From Candidatus Limnocylindria bacterium (GTDB lineage Bacteria; Eisenbacteria; RBG-16-71-46), in contig DASQFU010000048.1 of NCBI GenBank assembly GCA_035632955.1, positions 3,164 through 67,163 of the forward strand: DNA of 64,000 nt. The letters are read 5' to 3'. The position numbers and the translations under genes are program-made. Shown in pieces: positions 49,859 to 59,771 of the stretch (position 1 is the first letter of the stretch; each line of letters opens with the position of its first letter). The notes beneath the pieces are model-generated. The model was not told the origin of the DNA. It was given only the letters and a program-made list of their open reading frames with translations, and did not search any database.

Positions 49859-51786
49859 CGAGCGAACCGAGGACGAACGGCAGCGGGTCCGCAACCGCCG
49901 AGCTCGACTTCGACGTGGTCGTGGTCGGGGCGGGCCACGCAGGCTGCGAGGCCGCGGTGGCGTGCGCGAAGCTCGGCCTCCACACGGCGTTGGTCACGGT
50001 GAAGCTCGAGGACACCGCGAAGATGTCGTGCAACCCCGCGATCGGCGGGATCGGCAAGGGCCACATGGTGCGCGAGATCGACGCGCTCGGCGGCATCATG
50101 GGCATCGTCACCGACCGGGCGGGAATTCAGTTCAAAATGCTGAACCGCGGGCGTGGGCCGGCGGTCTGGTCGCCGCGCGCGCAATGTGACAAGGCCCGGT
50201 ACTCCGAGGAGATGACCCGGCTCCTCGACTCTGTCACGGGGCTCGTGCGGGTCGCGGGGGTCGTGAATCACGTGCGCCTGGAGCGTGGCCGCGTCGCCGC
50301 GCTCGAGCTGGCGGACGGGCGTGCCCTGCGCTGCCGCGCCGCCGTCATCACGCCCGGCACGTTCCTGAACGGCTTGATTCACGTCGGCGAGCGGCAGATC
50401 GAAGGCGGCAGGATCGGCGAGCACGCGGCGCGCGCGCTGAGCGAGTGCCTGGCCGAGCTCGGGCTCGAACGCGGCCGGCTGAAGACCGGCACGCCGCCAC
50501 GGCTGCATCGCGACACCATCGACTGGGATGGGCTCGTGCCGCAGCCGGGCGACGAGCCGCCGGTGCCGTTTTCGCACTGGACCGAGCGCCTGCAGTTGGA
50601 TCAAGTGCTCTGCCATCTGACCGCGACCAACGAGCGCACGCACGACGTCATCCGGCGCAACCTGCACCGCTCGCCGCTCTACTCGGGCCAGATTCGCGGC
50701 ACTGGGCCTCGTTACTGCCCGTCGCTCGAGGACAAGGTGGTGAAGTTTCCGGAGCGGCCCTCCCACCACATCTTCCTCGAGCCGGAAGGCCGCGCCGTGG
50801 TGGAGACGTACGTGAACGGTGTGTCGTCGAGCATGCCCGAAGACGTGCAGCTCGAGTTCATTCGCACCATCCCGGGCCTCGAGCGCGCGGAGATGCTGCG
50901 GCCCGGCTACGCGGTCGAATACGACTTCGTGCTGCCTCATCAGCTCAAGCCCACGCTCGAGGTGAAGCACGCCCCGGGGCTGTTCCTTGCGGGCCAGATC
51001 TGCGGCACGTCGGGCTACGAGGAAGCCGCCGCCCAGGGCCTCGTGGCCGGCATCAACGCCGCGCAAGCGGTGCGCGGCGGCGAGGGATTCGTCTTGCGCC
51101 GCGATCAGGCGTACGTCGGTGTGCTGGTCGACGACCTCGTCTCGCGCGAGCACCACGAGCCCTACCGGATGTTCACGTCGGCCGCCGAGCACCGGCTCCT
51201 GTTGCGCGCGGACAACGCGGACGAGCGGCTCGCTGAGATCGGCTTCCAGCTCGGACTGCTCGGACGCGAGCAGGTCGAGCTGGTGCGCGCGAAGCAGGCC
51301 GCGATCGAGGCCGAGGCGCAACGACTGGCCAAGGTCACCGTGAGCGTGGCGTCTTCGCATGCCGACGGCGCCGCAGGATCGCCGGCGCTCAAGCCGGTCG
51401 CCGCGCTGGAGCTGCTGGCGCGGCCGGACGGCTCGTACCGGCGGCTCGGAGAGCTCGGCATCGCGACCGAGCTTTCCGAAGCCTGGGGCGAATGCCTCGA
51501 AGTGCGGATTCGCTATCACGGCTACATCGTGCGCCAGCGGCGGACCGCCGAGCAGGCGCAGGCGCTCGAGCACGTGCCGCTTCCCGAAGCACTGTGGGAC
51601 CAGGAGCTGAACGGATTGTCGCGCGAGGCGCGCGAGAAGCTGGTGCGCTGGCGGCCGTCGACGGCGGCGCACGCATCCCGCATTGCCGGCATCTCGCCTG
51701 CGGATGTCGCGGTGCTGTTGGTGCACGCGCGCCGCCTGAGCGGGCGCGAGACCGCCGCGAGCCGTTCCGTTACCGGGGTCACCTGA
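49855..51786 (+). CDS. mnmG: tRNA uridine 5-carboxymethylaminomethyl modification enzyme MnmG
   Basis: ATGA-coupled to mnmE. FAD motif '[14 protein letters not shown]'. Confidence 0.95.
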   Translation: MTSEPRTNGSGSATAELDFDVVVVGAGHAGCEAAVACAKLGLHTALVTVKLEDTAKMSCNPAIGGIGKGHMVREIDALGGIMGIVTDRAGIQFKMLNRGRGPAVWSPRAQCDKARYSEEMTRLLDSVTGLVRVAGVVNHVRLERGRVAALELADGRALRCRAAVITPGTFLNGLIHVGERQIEGGRIGEHAARALSECLAELGLERGRLKTGTPPRLHRDTIDWDGLVPQPGDEPPVPFSHWTERLQLDQVLCHLTATNERTHDVIRRNLHRSPLYSGQIRGTGPRYCPSLEDKVVKFPERPSHHIFLEPEGRAVVETYVNGVSSSMPEDVQLEFIRTIPGLERAEMLRPGYAVEYDFVLPHQLKPTLEVKHAPGLFLAGQICGTSGYEEAAAQGLVAGINAAQAVRGGEGFVLRRDQAYVGVLVDDLVSREHHEPYRMFTSAAEHRLLLRADNADERLAEIGFQLGLLGREQVELVRAKQAAIEAEAQRLAKVTVSVASSHADGAAGSPALKPVAALELLARPDGSYRRLGELGIATELSEAWGECLEVRIRYHGYIVRQRRTAEQAQALEHVPLPEALWDQELNGLSREAREKLVRWRPSTAAHASRIAGISPADVAVLLVHARRLSGRETAASRSVTGVT

Positions 51787-51822
51787 TTCGAGTCACGCTT
51801 CTCGAGCGACGGTCAACGAAAC

Positions 51823-51849
51823 GGGCGGAAGCCACATCGGCTCCCGCCC
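51823..51849. terminator. hairpin between convergent mnmG and secreted-protein gene
   Basis: GGGCGGAAGCC-loop-GGCTCCCGCCC, one mismatch in an 11-bp stem. Confidence 0.4.
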
Positions 51850-51867
51850 GTGCGCTAAAACGACCGA

Positions 51868-52779
51868 CTAACGATAGCGAGTCTTGACCGTTCCAAAGCT
51901 CGTCTCTTCGACGGCGGTCGGGCCGCAGGTCGCCCCGAGGTTGCCGTTGTTGTACTGGTCGAGCTTGTTCTTGTTGGTCTGAACCGAGCTCGAGCTCAGA
52001 AAACCCGAGCCGATCGGCGGCACCACGAGACTGCCGATCTGCGCGTCGGCGGCCGTCACGTAGCTGGCGATCTGCGCCGGGCTGCCGCCGTTGGCGAGGT
52101 TGAGCTTGGTCGCGATCAGCTGCTGGGCCAGCATTACGAGCCCGTTGCCGTGCGCCGGCTGGCCGAGAATCGCCAGGAGCTGCGTCTGGTTGTATGTCAC
52201 GGTTCCCAACGTCAGCGACGCGACCGGCCACTGCGAGGGATGGTTCTTCCAGTAACCCTTCGAGTGAATGCAGCTCTCTTTGTTGATCGTGGCACCGCCG
52301 GTGGTCTCGGAGAACAGGCTGGCCTCGCCGCCGGCATCACCCAAGGTGCGGACGCGGAACACGTACTCGGTGCTCGGCTCGAGCTCGACGTTGTAGTCGG
52401 TGAAGATGCCTTCCTCGCCGAACATGTCGCCGATCTCGGCCGACACCACACCGTGTGGGCCCACGAGGAAGCTGCCGTTGTCGGGCAGCGGGTTGTAGGT
52501 CGGCGTGCCCGTAAGCTCGCAGATGTAGGCCGGGTCATAGGGTCCGCCCGAAACCGGCCAACCGGTCGCGAGGTCATAGGCTTCCTGCGTCGTCCACTCG
52601 ATCAGGAATCCCGCCGGCGCGCCGCTTTGGCCGGCCTGGATCTGGAGCGTGATGGACCTCGCGCTCACTTCGGCGATGGAGAGAGTCGGAACGTCGTACG
52701 AGGTCTGTGCGTGCGCGGGCACACCGCCGATTGAAACCAGAAGAGCGGCTGCAACCGCAAAGCTCGGTAGCTTGATCAT
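51868..52779 (-). CDS. secreted hypothetical protein (C-terminal ...TSFGTVKTRYR)
   Basis: Signal peptide MIKLPSFAVAAALLVSIGGVPAHA. C-terminal tail matches the motif of the 28566..30090 paralogs. Confidence 0.65.
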   Translation of the reverse strand: MIKLPSFAVAAALLVSIGGVPAHAQTSYDVPTLSIAEVSARSITLQIQAGQSGAPAGFLIEWTTQEAYDLATGWPVSGGPYDPAYICELTGTPTYNPLPDNGSFLVGPHGVVSAEIGDMFGEEGIFTDYNVELEPSTEYVFRVRTLGDAGGEASLFSETTGGATINKESCIHSKGYWKNHPSQWPVASLTLGTVTYNQTQLLAILGQPAHGNGLVMLAQQLIATKLNLANGGSPAQIASYVTAADAQIGSLVVPPIGSGFLSSSSVQTNKNKLDQYNNGNLGATCGPTAVEETSFGTVKTRYR

Positions 52780-53371
52780 GGATGCGTGTCCTCCTGAGCT
52801 CTGCTTCGTCGAACAGAAACAACGCCCGAGTCGACGCTCCGTGCGAGACGGATGCCGACCATGGCGACTGGAAACCCTTGGGATCTTGGCCCGCTCCGCA
52901 CTCAGGATGGCGACGGCCTGCCGCCGGGAAGGCGATGGTCCGAGCGGAACCTCGAATAACGGCCAGATGGTCGCCGCGCGTAAGCCCTAAGTCAAGCCAC
53001 AATGTGCTTCTGCACGAAATCACACTGGCAGTTGCGGCAACTGGACGGACTGGGGTGGACGGGCGACTCCATCAGCCGGGAATGAAACGCAAGAAGTGCG
53101 GTGCATGCTAAGGTGCCGCCGCATGCGCGCCCGGCCGGTAAGAAAGCCAAAGTCTTCGAGCTCATCCGCCTCTCGAGGTGGTAGAACGCGCAGGTCCGCG
53201 CCGGTTGGATCGGGGTCCGCGCGGGGAACGGTTGCCACACGTGGTCCGGCGCGCTCCCGAAGCGTTGCCGGAAGAGACGGCTCGCGCAGTGCTCCGGCCA
53301 GCCGTGGCGGGCGCGGTCCGGCGGCTCGTCCCTTCGCGCGCAGGTCTCGCCCTCCCCTCGATCCACGGCGC

Positions 53372-54028
53372 CTGATCACCGCTCAGCCATGGAACTCGCT
53401 GATTCCGCTATTGGAGAAGGCAGGCGCAGATTCAGCGTCGACGGTGGAGCGGTTACGGGATTACGGACAGTTGCTGTTGGAGTGGAATCGCACCGCCTCG
53501 AATCTCGTGTCTCGCGACGACGAATCCCGGCTGGTGGAACGCCATATTCGCGAGTCGTTGGAGCCGATCGCGTGGCTCATGGAGAGCGGATGCCAGCGAT
53601 GGCTCGACGTGGGATCCGGCGGCGGATTTCCGGCCATACCGCTCGGGATGGCTGGAGTGACGGGAAAGTGGACTTTGGTGGAATCGCGCAGAAACAAGGC
53701 GCTGTTTCTCGGCAAAGTCGTTCAAGTCCTTGGATTGAAGAACTTCGAGGTCATCAACGACCGGGTCGAGATTCTGGCGGAAGACCAGGCGCGCCAGGCG
53801 ACATTCGACGCAGTAACGTCACGAGCAACCATGAGGCTGACCCCAACCCTGCTCGCGGTCGAGCCGCTGGTCGAGCCGGGAGGAACGGCGTTCTTGTGGA
53901 AGGGAAGCCGTCATCTGGAAGAGATCGAGGCAGCGAAAAAGTCAGCGCCGAAATGGCGGCACGTGACGAGCATGACGCTATCAAACGGCACCAATGCCGT
54001 TGCTAGATTCTTGAAATCTCATGACTAG
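53372..54028 (+). CDS. rsmG: 16S rRNA (guanine527-N7)-methyltransferase RsmG; start codon unresolved
   Basis: 'LLLEWNRTASNLVS', 'LDVGSGGGFPAIPL' SAM motif and 'GKVVQVLGL' match RsmG. No in-frame ATG/GTG upstream of the conserved N-terminus. CTG at 53372 or TTG at 53411 are the only options. An ATG at 53389 lies in the -1 frame. Confidence 0.75.
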   Translation: MITAQPWNSLIPLLEKAGADSASTVERLRDYGQLLLEWNRTASNLVSRDDESRLVERHIRESLEPIAWLMESGCQRWLDVGSGGGFPAIPLGMAGVTGKWTLVESRRNKALFLGKVVQVLGLKNFEVINDRVEILAEDQARQATFDAVTSRATMRLTPTLLAVEPLVEPGGTAFLWKGSRHLEEIEAAKKSAPKWRHVTSMTLSNGTNAVARFLKSHD

Positions 54029-54169
54029 GCCATATTCGAGTCGTAGTGTTCCACGTGCAACAAATCGATTGCCTGATCCTCCCTGGTCAAATAACTTCAG
54101 CCTCCGAAGTTCGCCGCTACAGGATGCTCCTCGAATGGTGGGCATGAAGTCCGCCCCACGACCAAGGGA

Positions 54170-54928
54170 ATGGGACGAGTCATCGCGGTTGCCAGCCAGA
54201 AGGGCGGCGTCGGAAAAACCACGAGCGCGATCAATCTGGGTGCCTGCCTGGCCCAGGAGGGACGTCGCACTCTGCTCGTGGACATCGATCCGCAGGCGAA
54301 CGCGACCAGCGGCCTTGGGATCAATGGCAACAATCAGCGGTCCACGACCTACGAGTCGCTGATCGGCCAAGCGGAGCTTGCCGCCGCGATCACCCCGACC
54401 GCCCTGGCGAATCTCGATCTGGTGCCATCGGCTCAGCGACTTTCGGGCGCCGAGGTCGAGCTGGTTGGCGTCATGGCCCGCGAGACGCGACTCAAGACCT
54501 GCCTGGCGTCGGTGCGATCTGACTACGACTTCGTGTTGATCGACTGTCCACCTTCGCTCGGGCTGCTTACGGTCAACTCGCTCACCGCCGCCGACTCGGT
54601 CTTGATCCCGCTCCAATGCGAGTACCTCGCCCTCGAGGGGCTGACCCAGCTCATCGGCGCGATCCGGCTGGTCCAGGATCACCTGAACCCCGGGCTTCGG
54701 ATCGAAGGCGTTCTGCTGACGATGTTCGATGCGCGCGTGAATCTCTCCCAGCAGGTCGCCGACGAAGCGCGGAAGTTCTTCGCCGAAAGGGTCTACAAGA
54801 CTGTAATTCCAAGAAATGTGCGTTTGAGTGAGGCTCCGTCGTTCGGCAAGCCAATCGTTCTGTACGACCCCAACAGCAGCGGCGCCGACAGCTACCGTCA
54901 ACTGGCGCAGGAGGTGATCGATGCATAG
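54170..54928 (+). CDS. parA: chromosome partitioning ATPase ParA/Soj
   Basis: ATG with AAGGGA RBS. 'VASQKGGVGKTT' deviant Walker A. Confidence 0.9.
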   Translation: MGRVIAVASQKGGVGKTTSAINLGACLAQEGRRTLLVDIDPQANATSGLGINGNNQRSTTYESLIGQAELAAAITPTALANLDLVPSAQRLSGAEVELVGVMARETRLKTCLASVRSDYDFVLIDCPPSLGLLTVNSLTAADSVLIPLQCEYLALEGLTQLIGAIRLVQDHLNPGLRIEGVLLTMFDARVNLSQQVADEARKFFAERVYKTVIPRNVRLSEAPSFGKPIVLYDPNSSGADSYRQLAQEVIDA

Positions 54929-55772
54929 GAAGGCATTGGGCCGGGGCTTGGAGGCGCTCATTCCCGGCGGCTCCACGGAAGTCGCCGATCGTGACACGGA
55001 CGTGCAGCTCCTCCTGCTCGAAGAGGTTGGACCGAACCCATTCCAGCCGCGCACGCGTTACGACCCGGAGGCGCTCAACGAGCTCGCCGCCTCGATCAAG
55101 GCGACAGGCGTCCTCCAACCGGTGCTGGTTCGGCATGCCGTCGCGGGCGGCTATGAGCTGGTCGCGGGCGAGCGGCGACTCAGGGCGGCGCGCGCCGCAG
55201 GTCTCGAGCGCATTCCCGCCTTGCTTCGCCAGGTCGGCGACGACGAGATGATGGAGTTGGCGCTGATCGAGAACATTCAGCGCGAGGACCTCAATCCCAT
55301 CGACGAGGCGAAGGCCTATCAGACCCTGATCGGGCGCATCGGGTTGACCCATGATCAGATCTCCGAGCGGGTTGGAAAGCAGCGCAGCACGATCACGAAC
55401 GCGCTCCGGCTGCTCGGCCTCCCGGTCGAGGTTCAGGAGATGGTTTCACGTGGAACCTTGTCGTCCGGACACGCGCGAGCGCTTCTGGGCTTGGAGACTC
55501 CAGGCGACCAGCTCACGACCGCCCGCTACGCCCATTCGAAGGCGTTCTCCGTGCGCCGAACGGAAGCGTTCGTCCGCCGCAAGCTGCGCCGCCAGCATTC
55601 GCGCCCGAAGTCGCAACGCAAGACCGGACTGGAAGATTGGGAGAACAAGCTGCAGCAGAAGTTCGCGACGCACGTGACGATGACGCCCGGGCGCAAAGGC
55701 GGAAAGGTCGAGTTCGAATACTACGGTCAGGAAGACCTCGAACGGCTTCTCGAGGCTTGGGGAGTCCTATGA
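54921..55772 (+). CDS. parB: chromosome partitioning protein ParB/Spo0J
   Basis: Overlaps the parA stop. 'GERRLRAARAAGL' ParB box. HTH region. Confidence 0.9.
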   Translation: MHRKALGRGLEALIPGGSTEVADRDTDVQLLLLEEVGPNPFQPRTRYDPEALNELAASIKATGVLQPVLVRHAVAGGYELVAGERRLRAARAAGLERIPALLRQVGDDEMMELALIENIQREDLNPIDEAKAYQTLIGRIGLTHDQISERVGKQRSTITNALRLLGLPVEVQEMVSRGTLSSGHARALLGLETPGDQLTTARYAHSKAFSVRRTEAFVRRKLRRQHSRPKSQRKTGLEDWENKLQQKFATHVTMTPGRKGGKVEFEYYGQEDLERLLEAWGVL

Positions 55773-55797
55773 TGGCTTCGGCTGGGAGGAGACGGCG

Positions 55798-56220
55798 ATG
55801 ATGAAGTTTCGCTCGCGTCCAGCACAGGACGAAGTCCCCGCCGCGCCGAACACGATCGTCGGCGTCGGTTCGAGCTTCCGCGGGACGCTCATGGTCACTG
55901 GAACGCTGAGAATCGAAGGTGAGTTCGAAGGCGACATTCTGAACTGCGAGCGACTCGAAGTCGGAGAGCACGGCATCATGAGATCTGACGTCGAGGTCAA
56001 GAGTGCCATCGTTCATGGTCGAGTGCACGGCAACATTCGCGCGCTCGGGACGATCGAGATGAAGGCCGGCGCGCATCTCGAGGGCGATGTCGCGGCGCTG
56101 AGCGTCGTGATGGAACCGGGAGTGTTCTTTACGGGGCGTTGCACGATGCTCGACCAGGGCTCTGGGTCGGTGGAGCTCGCAACTGATCCCGGACGGCTTC
56201 GTGAGTACGCGAGAGAGTAG
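55798..56220 (+). CDS. bactofilin family cytoskeletal protein
   Basis: Beta-helical repeat pattern 'G.L.I.G.F.G...C..L.VG..G' spanning ~110 aa with short disordered termini. Confidence 0.8.
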   Translation: MMKFRSRPAQDEVPAAPNTIVGVGSSFRGTLMVTGTLRIEGEFEGDILNCERLEVGEHGIMRSDVEVKSAIVHGRVHGNIRALGTIEMKAGAHLEGDVAALSVVMEPGVFFTGRCTMLDQGSGSVELATDPGRLREYARE

Positions 56221-56279
56221 GATCGTTCGCTCGCTCCGTTGCCCGTCAGTTCGTTGACTCATAAGCAAGTGGACGACCT

Positions 56280-57644
56280 ATGAACCGCGCGGAACGAATG
56301 CATGCCACCCGCTTCGTTCTGCGGCTCGCAGTGGTTGGGCTGCTGGCGGCCGCCTGGAACGCCGGGGCCTCTCCGGCGGCGACGGCTCAACCACTTTCCG
56401 CATGGCGCGCGGCCGAGACCATCGAATGGCCAGCGGAAACTGAGCTCGTGCCATTCGAGAACCTCGAAGGGATGATCCTACTCAGGGCCTCGCTGCGCGG
56501 CGCCACCGGTGCAGACACCGCCGGATTGTTCGTCTTGGATACGGGCGCCGGCTATCTGGCGCTCGATCTGCCACTGGCGCGCGCTCTGGGAGTGTCCGAT
56601 AGCGACGGAACTCCGGCGCTGGTCGACCTGGCGAACCGTCCCCTGCCGAGCTTCACTCTGGGGAAGCTCAGCATGACCGACGTCGAACCACTCCTGACGA
56701 TTGATAGTCAAGTGATTCGCCGAGCCACCGACAAGAACGTGCTCGGCCTGCTGGGCCAGCAACCCCTCAGCGATCGCGCGGTATGGATCGACTATCGCGC
56801 GGGATTGACGGCGATGATTCCCGTCGAAGCTCCAGGTCGTTCCGACGACGGCGACGAGCCTGAGAACCCGGTGCAGCGGTCGCGCGGCGCGCTCGCGAAG
56901 GTGATCTCGGCGAGAGCGGCGCCGGTCGTCTTTCGAATCGTCGGCGACGGCAAAGCGCTCGTGCAGGTGCGCGTCTCCAGCCCTCGGCCGCCTCGGTTCT
57001 CGCGCTGGCTGTCGCTGATCGTCGATACCGGCGCCTCGAAGACCGTGCTTTTCGCCGAGACGCTGGACCGGCGCATCCACGCGCGCTGGCCGACCTTGCG
57101 TGGGCTCACGGCACCTACCCTGATCGGCGCCGCGGAAGCCTATCTGGCACGGATACCCGCGTTGGACGTTCGGGCCGAGGCGGCGAACGTGCGAGTCGAT
57201 GGCATCGACGTCGCCGTGATCGAAAGCGGCTTGTCGCAGATGCTCTCGCGCGTTGCCGAAGAGCAGATCCACGGCCTCCTCGGCTATTCGTTTCTCAAAC
57301 GCTTCCGGGTCGTGTTGGATTACCCCAATCGCGTGCTGTGGCTGGATCCGATACCCGACTACGTGGACGACCGGCCACTCGAGTACTCGCACGTCGGCAT
57401 CCAGCTCGAGCGCCGGGAAGGGCGGGTCGTCGTCGCCGCGGTCGCGCGCGGATCGCCCGCCGCCCGCGCCGGCATCGGCCGCGACGACGAGCTCGTGGCG
57501 ATCGACGGCAAGACTGCAAAGGACATCAATCTGAGAAGCCTAGCCGGCATGATCGAGGGCGAGCCGGGATCGGCGATCACGCTCACGGTCCGGCGAGATG
57601 CCGTTGCGCGCACCCACCGGCTCCGCCGCCGCCAGCTTCTCTAA
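56280..57644 (+). CDS. secreted tandem retropepsin-like aspartic protease with C-terminal PDZ domain
   Basis: Signal peptide. Two 'xxDTGA[GS]' catalytic motifs (LDTGAG, VDTGAS). C-terminal 'VAAVARGSPAARAGIGRDDELVAIDG' PDZ-like segment. Confidence 0.7.
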   Translation: MNRAERMHATRFVLRLAVVGLLAAAWNAGASPAATAQPLSAWRAAETIEWPAETELVPFENLEGMILLRASLRGATGADTAGLFVLDTGAGYLALDLPLARALGVSDSDGTPALVDLANRPLPSFTLGKLSMTDVEPLLTIDSQVIRRATDKNVLGLLGQQPLSDRAVWIDYRAGLTAMIPVEAPGRSDDGDEPENPVQRSRGALAKVISARAAPVVFRIVGDGKALVQVRVSSPRPPRFSRWLSLIVDTGASKTVLFAETLDRRIHARWPTLRGLTAPTLIGAAEAYLARIPALDVRAEAANVRVDGIDVAVIESGLSQMLSRVAEEQIHGLLGYSFLKRFRVVLDYPNRVLWLDPIPDYVDDRPLEYSHVGIQLERREGRVVVAAVARGSPAARAGIGRDDELVAIDGKTAKDINLRSLAGMIEGEPGSAITLTVRRDAVARTHRLRRRQLL

Positions 57645-58554
57645 CCAGGCGCTCGCGCGCGGGCGGTTGTACGTGCTCGCGGCGACCGTGTTCTGGGGCA
57701 CGACCGCGACCTTGGCGCGATTCGTATTTCGCGACCGAGAGGTCCCCGCCCTCACCGTCGTCGAGATCCGGCTCGCCGTCGCTGCGTTGCTGCTCGGTGC
57801 CTGGCTCGCCGGTCGCCATCCCGAAGCGTTGCGAGTGAGGCGTGAGGATTGGGGCTACTTCCTCGTGCTCGGCGTGCTGGGCGTCGCCACCGTGCAAGGA
57901 ACCTACTACTACTCGATCTCGGTCCTGGGCGTGGGGCTCGCGATCCTGCTTCAGTATCTTGCGCCTTGCCTTCTGGTCATTTACGACGCGATTCGCGGCG
58001 TCCCCGTACGCCCCCTCACGGTGGTTGCCGTGCTCGGAGCGTTGCTCGGCACCGGGCTTCTAGTCGGCGGCGTCGACCGGGTGACATTGAACGCATCGCC
58101 ATGGCAGTGGGCGATCGGGTTCTCCTCGGCGCTCGCGTTTTCCTTCTACATCCTGTACTCGAAGCGCGGCCTCCGTCACTACCGGCCCGAGACCGTGTTG
58201 TTCTACACGTTCGTGATCGCGGCACTGGTGTGGGCGGTCGTCACGCCGCCCTGGCGCATCGCGTCCGCCGGTTACGACGCCGGTCTATGGGGGATGTTCG
58301 CCGTACTCGGAATTTTCTCGACACTGGTCCCGTTCTCCCTCTTCTATGCCGGGCTCAGGCAATTGCCGGCCGCACAAGTCGGCATCCTCGCGACCCTGGA
58401 GCCGGTCGTGGCGGTCGTCTCGGCCGCGGTGTTCCTGGCTGAAAACCTCGGCCTCGCGCAATGGGCCGGGGCCGTGATGGTGCTCGCGGCCTCCACCCTG
58501 GCTTCTCGGCATCACGCTCCGGAAACGATCGCCGCGCAAGCCGAGCACGGCTGA
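57598..58554 (+). CDS. EamA/DMT family transporter
   Basis: 10-TM pattern. Duplicated EamA halves. Start uncertain; it overlaps the preceding gene end. Confidence 0.75.
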   Translation: MPLRAPTGSAAASFSNQALARGRLYVLAATVFWGTTATLARFVFRDREVPALTVVEIRLAVAALLLGAWLAGRHPEALRVRREDWGYFLVLGVLGVATVQGTYYYSISVLGVGLAILLQYLAPCLLVIYDAIRGVPVRPLTVVAVLGALLGTGLLVGGVDRVTLNASPWQWAIGFSSALAFSFYILYSKRGLRHYRPETVLFYTFVIAALVWAVVTPPWRIASAGYDAGLWGMFAVLGIFSTLVPFSLFYAGLRQLPAAQVGILATLEPVVAVVSAAVFLAENLGLAQWAGAVMVLAASTLASRHHAPETIAAQAEHG

Positions 58555-58556
58555 GT

Positions 58557-59015
58557 TCAGCTCGCGCGCGCCAGATCAGCCAGCGGCCGGTGGATGTTCC
58601 CCAGTCGCGCACGAACCCGCGCGAGCCGAGCCGGGCTCACCGTCTCGACCGCATAGCGCTCGTCCCAGACCAGATTCCCTCCCAGCCAGACGCGCAACTC
58701 GGGATAGCGCTCGAGCAACGCGACGCCACTGCGACCCTTCATCTCGCGCACGGCGCTCGCGACGCTGTGCGCGGGCCGCAACCCGAACAGCACATGAAGG
58801 TGATCCTGAGCGATCGCCAGCTCGACCAGCTCGATTTCCCGTTCCTCGCACAGAGCGGGGATCAGCTCCTGGAGCGCTTGCACGTGGCGGTGCCTGAGTA
58901 CCGGCTTTCTTCCGCGCGTGGCCCACGACACCAGGTAATGGAGCCGACTGCGATAGACGGGCTCCCATCGCACACGCACGGCAGCATTCAGTTCGGGAGC
59001 CAGTCCGAGTTTCAC
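58557..59015 (-). CDS. IS200/IS605-family Y1 (HUH) transposase-like protein, RAYT-type
   Basis: GTG at 59015 with GGAGGG RBS. The ORF-track start at 59114 would translate the upstream motif. 'YRSRLHYLVSW..RKPVL', 'DHLHVLF' HUH motif and 'WDERYAVETV' catalytic Tyr are typical of PF01797. Single copy, no second IS ORF. Confidence 0.7.
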   Translation of the reverse strand: MKLGLAPELNAAVRVRWEPVYRSRLHYLVSWATRGRKPVLRHRHVQALQELIPALCEEREIELVELAIAQDHLHVLFGLRPAHSVASAVREMKGRSGVALLERYPELRVWLGGNLVWDERYAVETVSPARLARVRARLGNIHRPLADLARAS

Positions 59016-59035
59016 GATACCCTCCGGTTCTCTAC

Positions 59036-59051
59036 GTGCACATACGTGCAC
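59036..59051. promoter_or_regulatory. GTGCAC-N4-GTGCAC motif upstream of the RAYT-like gene (candidate LexA operator)
   Basis: GTGCACATACGTGCAC read from sequence. The same architecture occurs upstream of lexA. Confidence 0.4.
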
Positions 59052-59110
59052 TTGATGGGACCGAAAAAGCGGGAGCCACGGCTCCCGCAGATCTCGGCCA
59101 ATCCGTGTGG

Positions 59111-59713
59111 TCAACGCCCCACGGTTCGGATCACTCCTCTGACGACACCCAAAATGCTGAACTCGGAATCTTCGCCGACCAGAATCGGTTGGTACTTCGA
59201 ATTGGCGGCCACCAGCTCGATGCCATCACCTCGCGGCTGGTAATACTTCACGGTCGCTTCATCCCCGAGCAGTCCGACGACGATCTCGCCGGCATTCGCC
59301 CGATTCTGATGACGCACGATGACGTAGTCACCTTCGAGGATACCCGCCTCGATCATGCTGTCGCCTCGGATCTTGAGCGCGAACAACCCTTCGGGATTCC
59401 CGAACAGTTGGCCGGCTTCGAGGTTTCCGTCGTAGCTCTCTTCGGCGAGGATGGGCTGTCCTGCGGCGACCCGGCCGAGAATCGGGATCCCGGCGCGTTC
59501 CGGATACAAGGACACCGCGATCATGCCGCGGGAGAGCTTGCCGGTGCGCTTGAGGTGTCCGCTCTTCTCGAGCAGGTTGAGGTAGTAGCGAACCCCGTTC
59601 GTGGAAGAAATCTCGAACGCTTCACCGATCTCGCGGATCGTTGGGGGAAAGCCGTGGTCGCGCGTGAAGCGTCGAATGAAGTCGAGAATCGCACGCGCTC
59701 GATCGTTCAACAT
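59111..59713 (-). CDS. lexA: LexA repressor
   Basis: ATG at 59713. N-terminal wHTH 'LNDRARAILDFIRRFTRDHGFPPTIREIGEAF'. 'GDSM' Ser and 'VVGLL..K' Lys of the S24 peptidase dyad. Confidence 0.9.
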   Translation of the reverse strand: MLNDRARAILDFIRRFTRDHGFPPTIREIGEAFEISSTNGVRYYLNLLEKSGHLKRTGKLSRGMIAVSLYPERAGIPILGRVAAGQPILAEESYDGNLEAGQLFGNPEGLFALKIRGDSMIEAGILEGDYVIVRHQNRANAGEIVVGLLGDEATVKYYQPRGDGIELVAANSKYQPILVGEDSEFSILGVVRGVIRTVGR

Positions 59714-59755
59714 GGCTCGCGCTCCTTCGTGGGACCCGGCACGCGGCGAACCGTA

Positions 59756-59771
59756 GTGCACACGCGTGCAC
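59756..59771. promoter_or_regulatory. GTGCAC-N4-GTGCAC motif upstream of lexA (candidate LexA operator)
   Basis: GTGCACACGCGTGCAC lies 43 nt upstream of the lexA ATG. It also overlaps a CGAAC-N4-GTGC element. Confidence 0.45.

Noticed and set aside
53389-54006. 205-aa ORF starting MELADSAIGEG
   Set aside because: Out-of-frame shadow of rsmG. Only its ATG is of interest (see the rsmG start finding).
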